This document shows, one piece after another, positions 39,995 through 54,159 of a stretch of 64,000 bases of DNA. How positions within the stretch are numbered: position 1 is the stretch's first letter; every line of letters begins with the position of its first letter. The DNA lies in assembly GCF_009914755.1 (NCBI RefSeq), contig NC_060929.1. One strand, given 5' to 3'. The DNA comes from the human T2T-CHM13v2.0 reference genome, Homo sapiens. Position numbers and translations under genes: made by a program. Below the pieces are notes generated by a model. That model saw only the letters and a list, made by a program, of their open reading frames with translations. It was not told the DNA's origin and searched no databases.

Positions 39995-40390
39995 TGATTA
40001 CTTTGGCACAGATACTAATGCTAAATATTTTATGTGCTTCCTTATATTTTCCAACCTCCCTTGCAGTTAGCCTGTGACCATGTGTGTAGTTCATGCTAAT
40101 GTGCTGAAAGTGCAAGTTTTACATGACACTGCCAGAGAAGTTAAGAGAAAATGTGAGTGGTTCACCTTTTATCATCACATACTTTGAGGATCCTGGAAAA
40201 ATCCATGAAGATTTGATAGCATCACAGCATAGAGCACCCTAGCTTCCAGAGTCATGTATTGCAGATAGCCTGGAGGGTATACAAACACACACTGCACTTT
40301 ACATGTTGAGAAATAAATCTTTGTTGTCTTAAGACTTTTGATTATGCATTTGTAACCACTCTAAAGCCTGGCCTCAAATGAGTACTACAG
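39995..40390 (+). mobile_element. Old MLT1 (ERVL-MaLR) LTR
   Basis: 'tttccaacctcccttgcagttag...gagaaataaatctttgttgtcttaagac'. Confidence 0.65.
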
Positions 40391-40506
40391 GCCCTAAAGT
40401 TTTGATGTAACAAGACATTATAATTCACAACTAACTTACATTATCTCCAACTGACATCTTAAGCTCCTAAATTTGGAAATGCTTCAGGAAATTAAAAAGA
40501 GAAGTA

Positions 40507-40859
<353 letters not shown>

Positions 40860-40899
40860 TTAAGTATTAGGAATATTGAAGAAACAGACACTCCAATTA

Positions 40900-43700
40900 G
40901 TACAACTAAAAGTCCAGATAAAAGATATTGAAAGATACCTGAAAACTACAGAGGCAACCTATACTTGAGAGTCCATTAATTCAAAGACAAAGGAATTACA
41001 ATATAAGAAACTGATCTTTTAAGAGAATCTTTTCCCCTGCAGTATTTGCTAATCTTTTTGGTGATGGATAAGAAACAGATAATCTATTCAGGTGACTAAA
41101 ACTAAAACGCAGAAAAATTAGTGTATATTTGGGAATCTCAAGAAGCTAGAAAGACAATATTGTAGTTCACAGCTGCTTAGGCAATCAGGATTTGCAGATA
41201 TAAGAAAGTAGAAGAGCCAAAGATCTTGGAGAGAAAAAGACATATTATCTTCAAAACAGCTGCAGTAAGACTAACAGCCAGCTCAATTCTAATAGAAATA
41301 ATGGAGACTAGAAGACAAAGGAATGCCATCTTTAAAGTGCTGAGAGAAAATAGCTGCCAACGTACAATTCTATACCTAGTGAAACTGTCATTTAAACATG
41401 AAATCAAGGTAAAGACTTCGCCAGACAAACAAAAATTTAGAAAATTTGTCACCAGAACCCCCACCCACCCACCCACCACCACCACACACACACATACACA
41501 AAAATAAGCTTAGTGAAGATCTGTAAGCATAAGAGAAATAGTGCTGGAAAGAAGCATGGAAATACACAAAAAAATGAAAAGCAATGTATAAAGTTAGTAA
41601 ATGAGTAAATATGCATAGAAATTGACTATACAAAATAATACTTTTAATAATGTATTGGGTCCAAATTATGTGAAGAATTAAAATTCATATAACAAGAACA
41701 CAAACACTGAAATTAGAATTAATATATTCTAATTTTGTTATTTTTTTGATACATAGTATAAGTTCTAATGTAAAATGGACATTAATGTAATTAATGTTTT
41801 TGTTATTTTTCTGTTATAAATTTTGTTATATTTTTTGATACACAGTATAAGTTCCAATGTAAAATGGACAATAATGTATAATTGATGCATTATAATCTGT
41901 AGTGAAATAATTTAACATGCTAAAGGGAAAGAAAATAAAAAATTATAAAACAAGAAAAGAGACTATAAATAGATGGATAAATGTAAAATAAATAGTGAGT
42001 TCGAGATATAAAACCAAATATGTCAATAATTACACTAAATGTAAACAGGTTAAATATTCAAATTAAAACACAAAAACTTCAGACTCAATTAAAATAGAAA
42101 GTCTAATTATACAATGTTCCAAGAGATCTATAACAAATATAAGAATGAGGAAACATTGAAATAAAAGTACAGAGAAAAAATGAATCACAAATCAAAATAA
42201 AACTCTTGCTGATGTGTTAATGTCAGAAAAAAATAGACTTAAAAAGTATTGCCAGATATAAAGATGATAATTTCATAATGACTAGAAGGTCAGTTTGCCC
42301 AGCAAATATAACCATTGTAAATGTATATGTAGTTAAAAACATAGCTAAAAATTATATAATGCTAAACATGTCAGAACTAAAAGGAATAATAGACAAGTTC
42401 ATAATCTAGGTGAAATACTTCCATATTGCTTTCAATATTGATAAAACCAGGCAAAAAATGTCAATAAGAAAAAAGATCTGAGCAACAGAATTAATCAATC
42501 TTAAGTAACTGATATTTGTAAAATAATGCAGCCAACCACAACAGAACATACATTTTACAATTGCACATCAAAATTTTCCCAAAATCCAATATATGCCAGA
42601 ATATAAAGAAAATCTAATGAAAATTCTAGCAAATTCATTAAGATATACTGCCTTATTTCAGCAAAATTAAGGTTAATAATAAATGGCAAAAATTAGAATA
42701 TTCCCAAATATTTGGAAATACACTTTATTTAATGGTCATATGGTTAAAGAATATATTACGAGGAAAATTAAAAATACTCTGAGCTTAATTATAATGAATA
42801 TGAAATAACAAATTTGTAAGATAAAGCTAAAGGTTGGCCTACAGAGAATTCTGTAACCAATAAAAGTATATAATAGAAACTTTTTTTAAAAAAAGGTTGA
42901 AATTCAGTGATGTATAGATTTCATATACATTATATAATATCATAAAGTTAGGAAAAGAACAGCAAAATAAGCAAAAAGATAAATAAGAAGAGAAAATAAG
43001 AGAAAAAATGAAGTTATAGATAACAAATATATATTGCCTGATGGTGATTTTCGAAAAGAATAGTAAAATGATAACCCATAATTATTCAAGGGAGATGAAA
43101 AAGCACAATTTACTGATACCAGAAATGAAAGGGGGTAAAATAATTATAGATTCTACAATAACTAAAAGCCACTAAGATAATATTTTGAAAAATGTTCTGC
43201 CAATACTCTTGGAAAATTAAATAAAACATACAAATTCCTCAAAAATCAATCTAAGAAAAGTGACACAAGAAGTGAAAAATCTGAATAGAGGAAATTGAAT
43301 TCAGTTAAAATATTCCCACAAATGGACCTAAGAAAGACAAAATGTCCCTCAACAGAAAAATAGATAAATAAATTATGACATATGGCAATAAAAATAGAAT
43401 TATCATTATGCTCAACATGAATAGATCTCAAAAGAATAATGTTGATTGAAAACAACACAAGCACATTTTGTGTAATTCCATTTATATATATAGTTCAAAA
43501 ACAGAAAACCAATCTATAGTCTTAAAATCCATAAAAGTGTTTATCTTTATGGGAGGTAGTAAGGTGAACGGGGCAAGAAAGGACTTGGTGGGATGCTCAC
43601 AATGTTTTATTTCTTGATCTGTGTATCCATTACACTGTTGTACTGACATCATGAAAATTAATCAATGCTGTTAATTTATAGCTTGTGCATTTTTCTGTAT
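40900..43700 (+). mobile_element. Ancient L1ME-type element, internally deleted (ORF1 C-terminus, ORF2 EN region, 3' UTR)
   Basis: ORF 41226-41507 resembles the ORF1p C-terminus (VRLTAS...ETRRQRNAIFKVLREN...KLSFKHE). EN-like decayed sequence runs ~42020-43320, then jumps to the 3' end. Confidence 0.8.
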
Positions 43701-43704
43701 AAAT

Positions 43705-43860
43705 CAGTGGTTCTCTTCTAGCCCCCACCCCTTCCACAGGATCTTTTATAATCTCTGGAGACATTTTTGGTTGTCACAAGTTGTTGGATGTGCTATTAGC
43801 ATGTAGTGAGCAGAGCCTAGGAATGCTAAGCATACCACAAAGCAAAAGACAACCTTCCTC
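43705..43860 (+). mobile_element. MER20 hAT MITE, 3'-truncated
   Basis: 'cagtggttctc...ctggagacatttttggttgtcacaa...tgctattagcat...gaatgctaagcat'. Confidence 0.8.
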
Positions 43861-43864
43861 AAGA

Positions 43865-46800
43865 GCAGGTTCTCAACAGCCTCTCAGCTGGGATCTGCTT
43901 AAGCCCACTAGACTCCCAGGTGGAGGGGCGACCAGCACCACAGCTCGGGCCATCTGCTGTCTAAGCTGTTTAAGCTCCTTGTGGGAGGGGCAGCAGCCAG
44001 CAGTGGGACTAGCAACTACCCAACAACACACTAAGCTACTTGGGTGGGGGAAGGGTGGCATCCATCTCTATAGCTCTAGGCTGCACTTTTCCCCTGGTGG
44101 AACCAGGGAGGCTGGACGGCTTGGTCCCAAGACTTGTCCCCCACCACCCAACACACTTGCTGTGGCAGTCTGCTGTCAGAGTGCCTCTTCAGGCCTGACC
44201 CTGACCCATCCTTCCTCACTGGGTGGGTCTTTCTTGCAGGATCTCCAACTCCAGCCAGAGGCTCAGGGACAGAATCTGGATCTCCCTGGGCCTAAGCCCC
44301 TGGGGGAGGGGTGGCCACAGTCTCTGCAGACCAGCAGACTTAACCTTTCCTCCTGCTAGTTCTGAGGAATCCAGGCAGCCCAGACAAGTGGGTTTCCCCC
44401 CAGTGAGGCATATCCCCTTCACCAAAGTACAAAGTGCTTTGTTAAATCGGTTCTGTTCCTCGTGCCACTCAACTGGGTAAGACCCTCCAACAGGGGTTGT
44501 CAGACACTCTATACAGGAGCGATTTTACTGGCATCAGTTTGGTGCCCCTCGAGGTCAGAGGTCTTAGAAGAAGGAGCAGACACCCATCTTTGTGGTTCTC
44601 CAGCTTCCTTGAGTGACATCTCCAGTTGCAGGAGCTAATAGATGAATAGGGCCTGAAGTGAACCCCTAGCAAACTTCAGCAGCCCTACAGAAGAGGGACC
44701 TGACTATTCAAAGTAAAAAACACAAGCAGAAAGCAACAACAACAGCATCAACGACAACAACAAAAAGCCCCCACAGAAACCCCATCCGAGAGTCAGCATC
44801 CTCAAAGAACAAAACCAGATAAACTCAAGAAGATGAGAAAGAATCAACAAAAAAACTCCTGAAAATCCAAAAGGCCAGAGTGCTTCTTCTTTTTCAAATG
44901 ATCGCAACATCTCTACATTAAGGGTACAGAACTGCACGGAGGATCAGATGAACGAAATGACAGAAATAGGCTCAGAAGATGGGTAATAAAAACTACGCTA
45001 AGCTAAAGGAACATGTTCTAACCCAATGCAAAGAAGATAAGAACCCTGATAAAAGGTTAGAGGAATTGCTAACTAGAATAATCAGTTTAGAGAAAAACAT
45101 AAGCAATGTGATGGAGCTGAAAAACACAGCATGAGAACTTCATAAAGCATACACAACTATCAATAGCCAATTCGATGAAGCAGAAGAACGTATATCAGAG
45201 TTTCAACACCACCTTGCTGAAATAAGGCATGCAGACAAGACTAGAGAAAAAAGAGTGAAAAAAAATGAACAAAGCCTCCAAGAAATATGGGAATTCATAA
45301 AAAGACTGAACATATGATTGACTGGAGTACCAGAAAAAGATGGGGAGAATGGAAACAAGCTGGAAAACACACTTCAAAACATTATCCAGGAGAACTTCCC
45401 CAACCTAGCAAGACAGGCCAACATGTAAATTCAGGAAATACAGAGAACACCATTAAGCTATTCCATGAAAAGATCAACCCCAAGACACATAGTCATCATA
45501 TTCTCCAAGGTCAAAATGAAGGAAAAACTGTTAAGGGCAGCCAGAAAGAAAGGCCATGTCACCTACAAAGGGAAGCCCATCAAACTAACAGTGGACTTCT
45601 CAGCAGAAACTCTACAAGTGAGAAGAGAGTGGGGACCAATATTCAACAACCTTAAAGAAAAGAATTTTCAACCCAGAATTTCATATCCAGCCAATCTAAG
45701 CTTCATAAGTGATGGAGAAATAAAATCTTTTCCAGACAAGCAAATGCTGAGGGATTTTGTTACCACCAGGCCTGCCCTATGAGGGCTCCTGAAAGAAGCA
45801 CTAAGTATGGAAAGGAAAAGCCAGTACCAGCCACTGTAAAAACACACCAAAATATAAAGACCAATGATACGATGAAGAAATTGCATCAACTAGGGTGCAA
45901 AGTAACCAAATAGCAGCATGATGACAGGATCAATTCACATATAACAATACTAACCTTAAATGCAAATGGGCTAAATGCCCCAGTTAAAAGACTCAGACTG
46001 GCAAATTGGATGAAGAGTCAAGACCCATCAGTGTGCTGTATTCAGGAGAGCCATCTCACTTGCAAAGACACACATAGGCTCAAAATAAAGGGATGGAGGA
46101 AAATTTACCAAGCAAATGGAAAGCAAAAAAAAGCAGAAGTTGCAATCTTAGTCTCTGACAAAATAGACTTTAAACCAACAAATGTCAAAAAAGACAAAGA
46201 AGTACATTACATACTGGTAAACGGAACAATTCAATAAGAAGAGATAACTAATCTAAATATATATACATCCAACACAGGAGCACCCAGATTCAGAAAACGA
46301 GTTCTTAGAGACCGACAAAGAGACTTAGTCTCCCATGCAATAATAGTGGGAGACTTTAACACCCCACTGCCAGTATTAGGTCAATGAGATAGAAAATTAA
46401 CAAGAACATTCACGACTTGAACTCAGCTCTGGATCAAGTGGACCTAGTAGAGATCTACAGAGCTCTCTACCCCAAATCAACAGAATATAAATTCTTCCCA
46501 GTGCCACGTGGCACATATTATATAATCAACCTCATAATTGAAAGTAAAACACTCCTCAGCAAATGCAATCAAGAACAGAAATCATAACAAACAGTATCTC
46601 AAACCACAGTGAAATCAATTTGTAACTCAGGATTAAGAAACTCACTCAAAACCACACAATTTCATGGAAAATGAACAATCTGATACTGAATGACTCCTGG
46701 GTAAATAATGAAAGTAAGGCAGACATCAAGAAGTTATTTGAAACCAATGAGAACAAAGAGACAATGTACTAGAATCTCTGGGACAGAGCTAAAGCAGTGT

Positions 46801-49800
46801 TAAGAGGGAAATTTATAGCACTAAATGCCCACATCTGAAAGCTAGAAAGATCTCAACACCCTAACATCACAATTAAAAGATAAACAGAGGCAAGAGGAAA
46901 CTAATCCAAAATCCAACAGAAGACAGGAAATAACTAAGATCAGAGAAGAATTGAAGAGATAGAGACACAAAAAAACCCTCCAAAAAATCAATGAATCCAG
47001 GAGGTGTTTTTTTTTTTTTTTAAAAAAATAACAAAATAGACCGCTAGCCAGACTAATAAAGAAGAAAAGAGAAGAATCAAATAGACACAATACAAAATGA
47101 TAAAGGGGATATCCCCACTGACCCCACAGAAACACAAACTACTGTTAGAAAATACTATAAACACCTCTATGCAAATAAACTAGAAAATCTCGAAGAAATT
47201 GATAAATTCCTGGACACATACACCCTCCCAAGACTAAACCAGGAAGAAGTCAAATCCCTGAGTAGACCAATAACAAGTTCTGAAATTGAGGCAGTAATTA
47301 ATAGCTTACCAACCAAAATAAGCTCCGGACCAGACAGATTTACAGACAAATTCTACCAGAAATACAAAGAGGAGTTGGTACCATTCCTTCTGAAACTATT
47401 CCAAACAATTGCAAAGGAGGGACTCCTCCCTAACTCATTTTATGAAGCCAGCGTCATCTTGATACCAAAACCAGGAGGAGACACAACAAAAAAACGTCAG
47501 GCCAATATCCCTGATGAACATTGATGTGAACATCCTCAATAAAATACTAGCAAACCAAATCAAGCAGCACATCAAAAACCTTATCCACCTGGATTAAGTC
47601 AGCTTCATCCCTGGGATGCAAGACTGGTTCAACATATGCAAATCAACAAATGTAACCCATCACATAAACAGAACCAATGACAAAAACCACATGATTATCT
47701 CAATAGATGCAGAAAAGGCCTTTGATAAAATTTAATATCCCTTCATGTTAACAACTCTCAATAAACTAGATATTGATGGAACATATCTCAAAATAATAAG
47801 AGCTATTTATGACAAACCCACAGGCAATATTATATTGAATGGGCAAAACTTGGAAGCATTCCCTTTGAAAACCGGCATAAGACAAGGATGCCCTATCTCA
47901 CCATTCCTATTCAACATGGTATTGAAGTTCTGGCCAGGGCAATCAGGCAAGAAAAAAGAAATACAGGGTATTCAAATAGGAAGAGAGGAAGTCAAAATGT
48001 GTCTGTTTGCAGACAAGATGACTCTATATTTAGAAAACCCCATCATCTCAGCCCAAAAACTCCTTAAACTGATAAGCAACTTCAGCAAAGTATCAGTATA
48101 CAAAAATCAATGTGCAAAAATCACAAACATTCCTTTAAACCAACAATAGACAAGCAGAGAGCCAAATCATGAATGAACTCCCATTCACAATCACTACAAA
48201 GAGAATAAAATACCTAGGAATACAGCTAACAGCTAACAAGGGATGTGAAGGACCTCTTCAAGAAGAACTATAAACCACAGCTCAAGGAAATAAGAGAAGA
48301 TACAAACAAACGGGAATATATTCCATTCTCACGAATAGGAAGAGTCAATATCATAAAAATGGCCATACCGCCAAAGTAATTTATAGATTCAATGCTATTC
48401 CCATCAAAGAACCATTGACCTTCTTCACAGAATTAGAAAAAAACTATTTTGAATTTCATATGGAATCAAAGAAGACCTGTATACCCAAGACATTCCTAAG
48501 CAAAAAGAACAAAGTTAGAGGCATCATACTACCTGACTTCAAACTATACTACTAGGCTACAGTAACCAAACAGTATGGTACTGGTACCTAAAAAGACAGC
48601 CCAGTGGAGCAGAAATAACACCACACATCTACAACCATCTGATCTTCAACAAACCTGACGAAAACAAGCAATGGGGAAAGGATCTCCTATTCAGTAAATG
48701 GTGCTGGGAAAACTGTTTAACCATATGTGGAAAACTGAAACTGGACCCCTTCCTTACACCTTATACAAAAAATAACTCAGCATGAATTAAAGATTTAAAT
48801 CTAAAACCTAAAACCATGAAAACCCTAGAAGAAAACCTAGGCAATACCATTCAGGACATAGACATGGGCAAAAATTTCACGACTAAAACACCAAAAGCAA
48901 TTGCAACAAAAGCCAAAATTGACAAATGGGATCTAACTAAACTAAAGAGCTTCTGCAAAGCAAGAGAAACTATCATCAGAGTGAACAGGTAACCTACAGA
49001 ATGGGAGAAAATTTTTGCAACCTACCCATCTGACAAGTGTCTAACATCCAGATTTACAAGGAACTTAAGCAAATTTAAAAGAAAAAAACAAACAACCCCA
49101 TCAAAAAGTGGGCAAAGGATATGAACAGACACTTCTCAAAAGAAGACATTTATGCAGCCAATAAACATATGAAAAAGAGCTCAACATCACTGATCATCAG
49201 AAAAATGCAAATCAAAACCACAATGAAATACCGTCTCACACCAGTCAGAATGGGGATTATTAAAAAGTCAGGAAACAATAGATGCTGGTGAGTCTGTGGA
49301 GAAATAGGAACACTTTTACACTGTTGGTGGGAATGTAAATTAGTTGAACCATTGTGGAAGACAGTGTGGCAATTCCTCCAGGATCTAGAACCAGAAATAC
49401 CATTTGACCCAGTAATCTCATTCCTGGGTATATACCCAAAAGAATATTAATCATTCTTCTATAAAGACACATATACACCTATGCTTATTGCAGCACTATT
49501 TACAATAGCAAAGACATGGAACCAACCCAAATGCCCATCAATGATAGGCTGTATAAAGAAAATGTGGTTCATATATGCCATGGAATACTATGTAGCCATA
49601 AAAAGGAATGAGATAACGTCATTTGCAGAGACATGGATGAAGCTGGAAGCCATCATCCTCAGCAAACTAACACAGAAACAGAAAACCAAACACTGCATGT
49701 TCTCACTCATAAGTAGGAAAGTAGGAGTTGAACAATGAGAACACATGGACACAGAGAGGAGAACAATACATACCAGGGCCTGTTGGCGGGTGGGGGATGA

Positions 49801-49923
49801 GGGGAGGGAACTTAGAGGACAGGTCAATAGGTGCAGCAAACCACTATGGCACATGTATACCTACGTAACAAACCTGCACGTTCTGCACATGTATCCCTTT
49901 TTTTAGAAGAAAACTTAAAAAAG
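43865..49923 (+). mobile_element. Near full-length inactive L1PA (L1PA8A-L1PA13 age class, L1PA12-like 3' end)
   Basis: GC-rich 5' UTR, ORF1 from ~44833, ORF2 from ~45921 ([22 protein letters not shown]...LFAD). Many stops and frameshifts. G-rich 3' UTR. Confidence 0.95.
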
Positions 49924-50043
49924 GAAATGTAGTCTCATTTATCTATTAATATTATTTAAAAACTGTGGATAGAACCCTCGATAAACCACTTTAACCTAAA
50001 CTACCCAAATTTTAAAATCAAATGTTTGGACTAAATCAGTACT

Positions 50044-50691
50044 ATGGTAAGCAGAATTCTAAAAATGTTCCTCCCCAAAGACTTCAAAGTCTTTGTACAG
50101 TTAAACACCTATCTACGTATTACTGCAAAGGGATTTGGCAGATGCAATTAAAGTTAATACTCATCTGACCTTTGAATATGCAGTTTATTCTGGATCACTC
50201 ACAAGGAGCCAGTGTAATTGCATGAGCACTTAAATATAGAAAAATAAGACAGAAGGGTCAGTCAGTGAGCTGTGGTGGAAGAGAAAAGCAGAGAGATGAG
50301 ATGGAAGAAGAGGTTAAAAAGATTTAAAATATGGAGTCTAGCCACAATTGCTAGTTTTGAACATGGAAGATATAGTTAGGAGTCAAGGAATGTGGGCTGC
50401 CTCTAAAAGCTGAGAACAACATCTAGTCAACAGCATCCAAAGTAATGGGAATTTGAGTCTTACAATCTTATGGAACTGAACCCTGCCAATAAATGTAATG
50501 ACCTTGGAAGCAGATTCCCCTCAAAAACCTTCAAATAAGAGCGTAGGCCACTTAAACCTTGATTTGTCTTTTGCCACCAATTAATCCACACTGTATCTCG
50601 TAACCTACAGAAACCATGTGATAACAAGTGGTTATTGGTTTTGGTTCCTATTTGCGGAAATTTTTTATAGCTGCAATTGAAAACTAATACA
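50044..50691 (+). mobile_element. MLT1E-type LTR
   Basis: 'ggtaagcagaattctaa...gggatttggcagatgcaattaa...gaccttggaagcagattc...aaaactaataca'. Confidence 0.85.
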
Positions 50692-50974
50692 AGTACTTTC
50701 ATATTTTTTCTGATCATGTGCTGACTGTTGAACAAGTACTTCCATACTTTACTTAAGCCATGAAAGCATTTCTTCAAAAGAAAACTTGAGTTGTAATTCA
50801 ATCAAAGTAAACAAACAGAGAGTGTTGCACTAAATTTGTTTCTTCCTTGTATGTGATATCTGAGGCACCTCTGGAAAACTGCAACCATTAAATTGGAGTT
50901 TATTAGATTATCTTCCAGATCTAGTAGTCAATACTGCCTTAAAATGTTCAAGAAGAATCTAGTTTCTGTGTGAT

Positions 50975-52262
50975 CCAAAGATCATAACATTTTACAATCC
51001 TTTTTAGGAAAATGAATACAAAATTATAATTACAAAATTAGATGTTGTGTTAGTTTGGTCTCACACTGCTATAAAGTTACTAACCGAGACTGAGTAATTT
51101 ATAAATAAAAGAGATTTAACTGACTCACAGTTGTGCATGGCTGGGGAGGCTTCAGGAAGCTCACAATCATGGCAGAAGGTGAAGGAGAATCAAGTCCCTT
51201 CTTCACAGGTGTCAGAGGAGGGAGAGAGGGTGCGCAAGAGAAATTGCCACTTTTAAACCGTCAAATCTTGTAAGAACTCTCTCGTTATCATGAGAACAGC
51301 ATGAGGAAAACAGCCGCCATGATCTAGTCACCTTCCACCAGGTCCCTCCCTCAACACATGGGGATTACAATTCAAGATGAGCTTTGGGTGGGGACACAGG
51401 GCCAAACCATATCAGGTGTAAAAGAAAATATTAATTTAAAGTGAAATCACAAAAGTCAAAAAGCTGAAAAATATCCCTACAACAAAATATTCCGATAAAT
51501 AACATAGTTATTTTTATTAAATAATTTCTGAATCTACCTCTGTAATGCATTTTAAAAATTGTTAAGATGTAAGCTCTTTGTTTCTTCACATAAATAGAAT
51601 TTTATAATATTTACTATAGAGAGACGGAAAGATACTACTTTCCTTAGAATGTCTGATAGATTGTTTATTATTATTAATATCATAGAAAATTATAATTCAG
51701 TTAACATTATTGGTATCATTATATGACTTTTTAGGATTCCTGTCACATTACAGAAAAACTTTATCAACTGCTTCTTGTATATGAGTCTTTTGTATACAAT
51801 TTAAAAGATTTTTCTAGAGACTAGAGTCTCCCATGCATATAAAACATTTTTTCTGTCTTCTATTACCCACATAATTTTGGTACTGGGTGCCTAGAACATG
51901 TTTATATCATCATATAATGGAACTCTGGTCTCTATGTCTTTGGGTCATGAAATTGGAAAAACTAGCAATAATTTAACCATACATAGAAATAACTGAAAAC
52001 TACTTAAACATGCCCATTAAACAAAAAAAGAATGTATCCAACTCAACTTTTCCCTAGCAAGACACCCGAAATGCCCATACTGTAATGTCAACTATGACAG
52101 AGGGAAGGTCAGAGTGAAAGGAGACAGCAGTCTTAATTGATTGCAGTTAAATTGTCTGCTTTTCTAAATATTACAGAAGTACATGACCAAAGGACTATAT
52201 TATGGAATTCCTCCCATAGCCTTGGAATGGTCAATGCAAATTAAGATCCCTGAAGCTTAAAT
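50975..52262 (-). mobile_element. Possible old hAT-Tip100 (Zaphod-like) element, interrupted by a MaLR LTR
   Basis: The right end 'gccttggaatgg...tgcaa...ccctgaagcttaa' resembles a recalled terminal consensus. Confidence 0.4.
51046..51414 (-). mobile_element. THE1D/MSTA solo LTR
   Basis: TGTGTTAGT...CCAAACCATATCA termini. TSD gatgt/ggtgt. Confidence 0.9.
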
Positions 52263-53215
52263 GAGGAGTATTTGCTCCTTACTACATTAGAATGCAATCA
52301 TTCTTCTTTCAAAGATTTATGGTCAGTTCATATTTTTGATGAGCTGTCATTCTAGTGCGGGGATAAATGAGAACTAAACCATCCTTCTGACTAGTATTGG
52401 TGAAATAGCTATTTGAGATTATTAGCACAGTCTGAGAACATACTACCTTAATTTAGTGCTCTTTCTAAATGAGCTAATTGATCAACAATAGTATATTTTA
52501 GTGCTGGGAGAAATTACTTGGATATTTCTCAAAATTACATCTTTTGTTGAGGGCATGAGATTCTGAGTAGAAAAAAAAATCGAACTGCCTTTTTTTTACA
52601 GATCTATAATATCATTTCCTCTTACTAACATCATAAGTTATAATGAATCCAAGTTTTAGTAAACTTTTACATAATATTTTCCTTATTCTTAAACTAAGTG
52701 CTATGTCCATTTGTTTAAATGAAAAATAACAAACAGGTCCACCATTCCATATTAAGTATATAAAGTCAGAATTTTAGAAGACTTTTTCTTAGGAATTCTA
52801 GAAACTATTTTAGATTCGACAATAACATGGTCAAATGGAGCAGAGCAGATTGTGTAACTTTTACACTCCAACTTCATTTTTCATTAAAAAAAAATGCTCC
52901 TGCAAATGTCAGCTTGAGAACAGAAGATATAACAAAAGACACTCATGGGATTGAGAATATGGTGCCTGAAGCCCTGTGAATCTAGCAAATATTCCCTTGG
53001 GACGATTCACATCTATATCTGTGACAAGTGGGTTTTGTGGTTTTTTTTATTTTGTTAGTTGGTTGGTTTGTTTTTCAAATTTAGGCAAATATAAAAGAAC
53101 TTGTACAATTTTTCTCAAGTCTTCCTGCTAAAAATGTATTTCACACCCCAGGAATGCGATGTTCCTTTCTGTATAACTCCTATGTGTTTTAAAAGATTGT
53201 GGATATAATCCATCA

Positions 53216-53373
53216 GAAAAAAATAAAAGAGAGAGAGAGAGAGAAAAAAAAGAAGGAAAGAAAGACAGAAAAGAAAAGAAAAGAAAACAAAGAGAAAGAG
53301 AGAAAGACAAAGAGAGAAAGAGAGAGAAAGAGAGAGGAAGGAAGGGAGGAAGGGAGGGAGGAAGGAAAAAAAG
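53216..53373. repeat. Polypurine compound microsatellite (GA/GAAA/GGAA)
   Basis: About 155 nt that are almost exclusively purines. Confidence 0.95.
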
Positions 53374-54159
53374 ACTCTTTCACCTTTAACTAATTGATTA
53401 AACTGAGATAGTCTTGATTGAATGTGATAGGAAAAAAATGTACGTGTGTATGTATGTGTGAATATATATAAATATATATACATTTATATATATATCACTC
53501 TTATCCCAAATTTAGAGGAGAATTTCCTCCAAAAAAATGATTAAACAAACATAAAGAATAGCGTGAGACAGTATTTTGAAAACAGAAGCACTTGAGAAAT
53601 ATTTTCCATTTTTAAAATAGGATAACTATTTGCCAAATGTTTAAGTTGGGTGACTGCTACAATATTTAAATTTTTGTATGAAATTAGCAGTCTTTTGGCA
53701 AAAAAAATTACACAAGACAACTGCCAGATTAAAATACATACACTCAATCTGTCCTTTAACTCACCACTCATCCCCTCCTCCTCTGTTTTTCCCTTTTTCT
53801 TTCTTATTCCTTTAATCAGGGAAAAGAAGTGCCTTTTTTGTAATCAGAAATGGAAATAAATCCTGAATATGTGAAGACTGAGCAAAATGATTAAGCACAG
53901 ACCATTCTGAGTTTATTAAAAGCATTCTGCTGTAATATTTTTAATCCAGAGAATATATTTCTTGTTGATAGAGAATCCAAAATAGCTGAGTAAGAACATA
54001 TGTTCAAGTATCATCTTTTAATTGTTCACATTTGAATTGTTCATTTGCTAATATCTCAGTTATAACATCAGTTATAAGAGCATTGGAAGAAATAATTGTT
54101 ATTTATTAAATCTAGTCCTTTATGAAAGCAATTCTAGGAGGGTATGAACAATTTGACCT

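Noticed and set aside
43781-44359. Longest ORF (192 aa)
   Set aside because: It has a non-ATG start, spans MER20 and the GC-rich L1 5' UTR, and has no recognisable domain.
44833-49740. L1 ORF1/ORF2 as active genes
   Set aside because: They are broken by many stops and frameshifts, so the element is retrotranspositionally dead.
49785-49810. G-quadruplex-like G-runs
   Set aside because: An ordinary feature of L1 3' UTRs.
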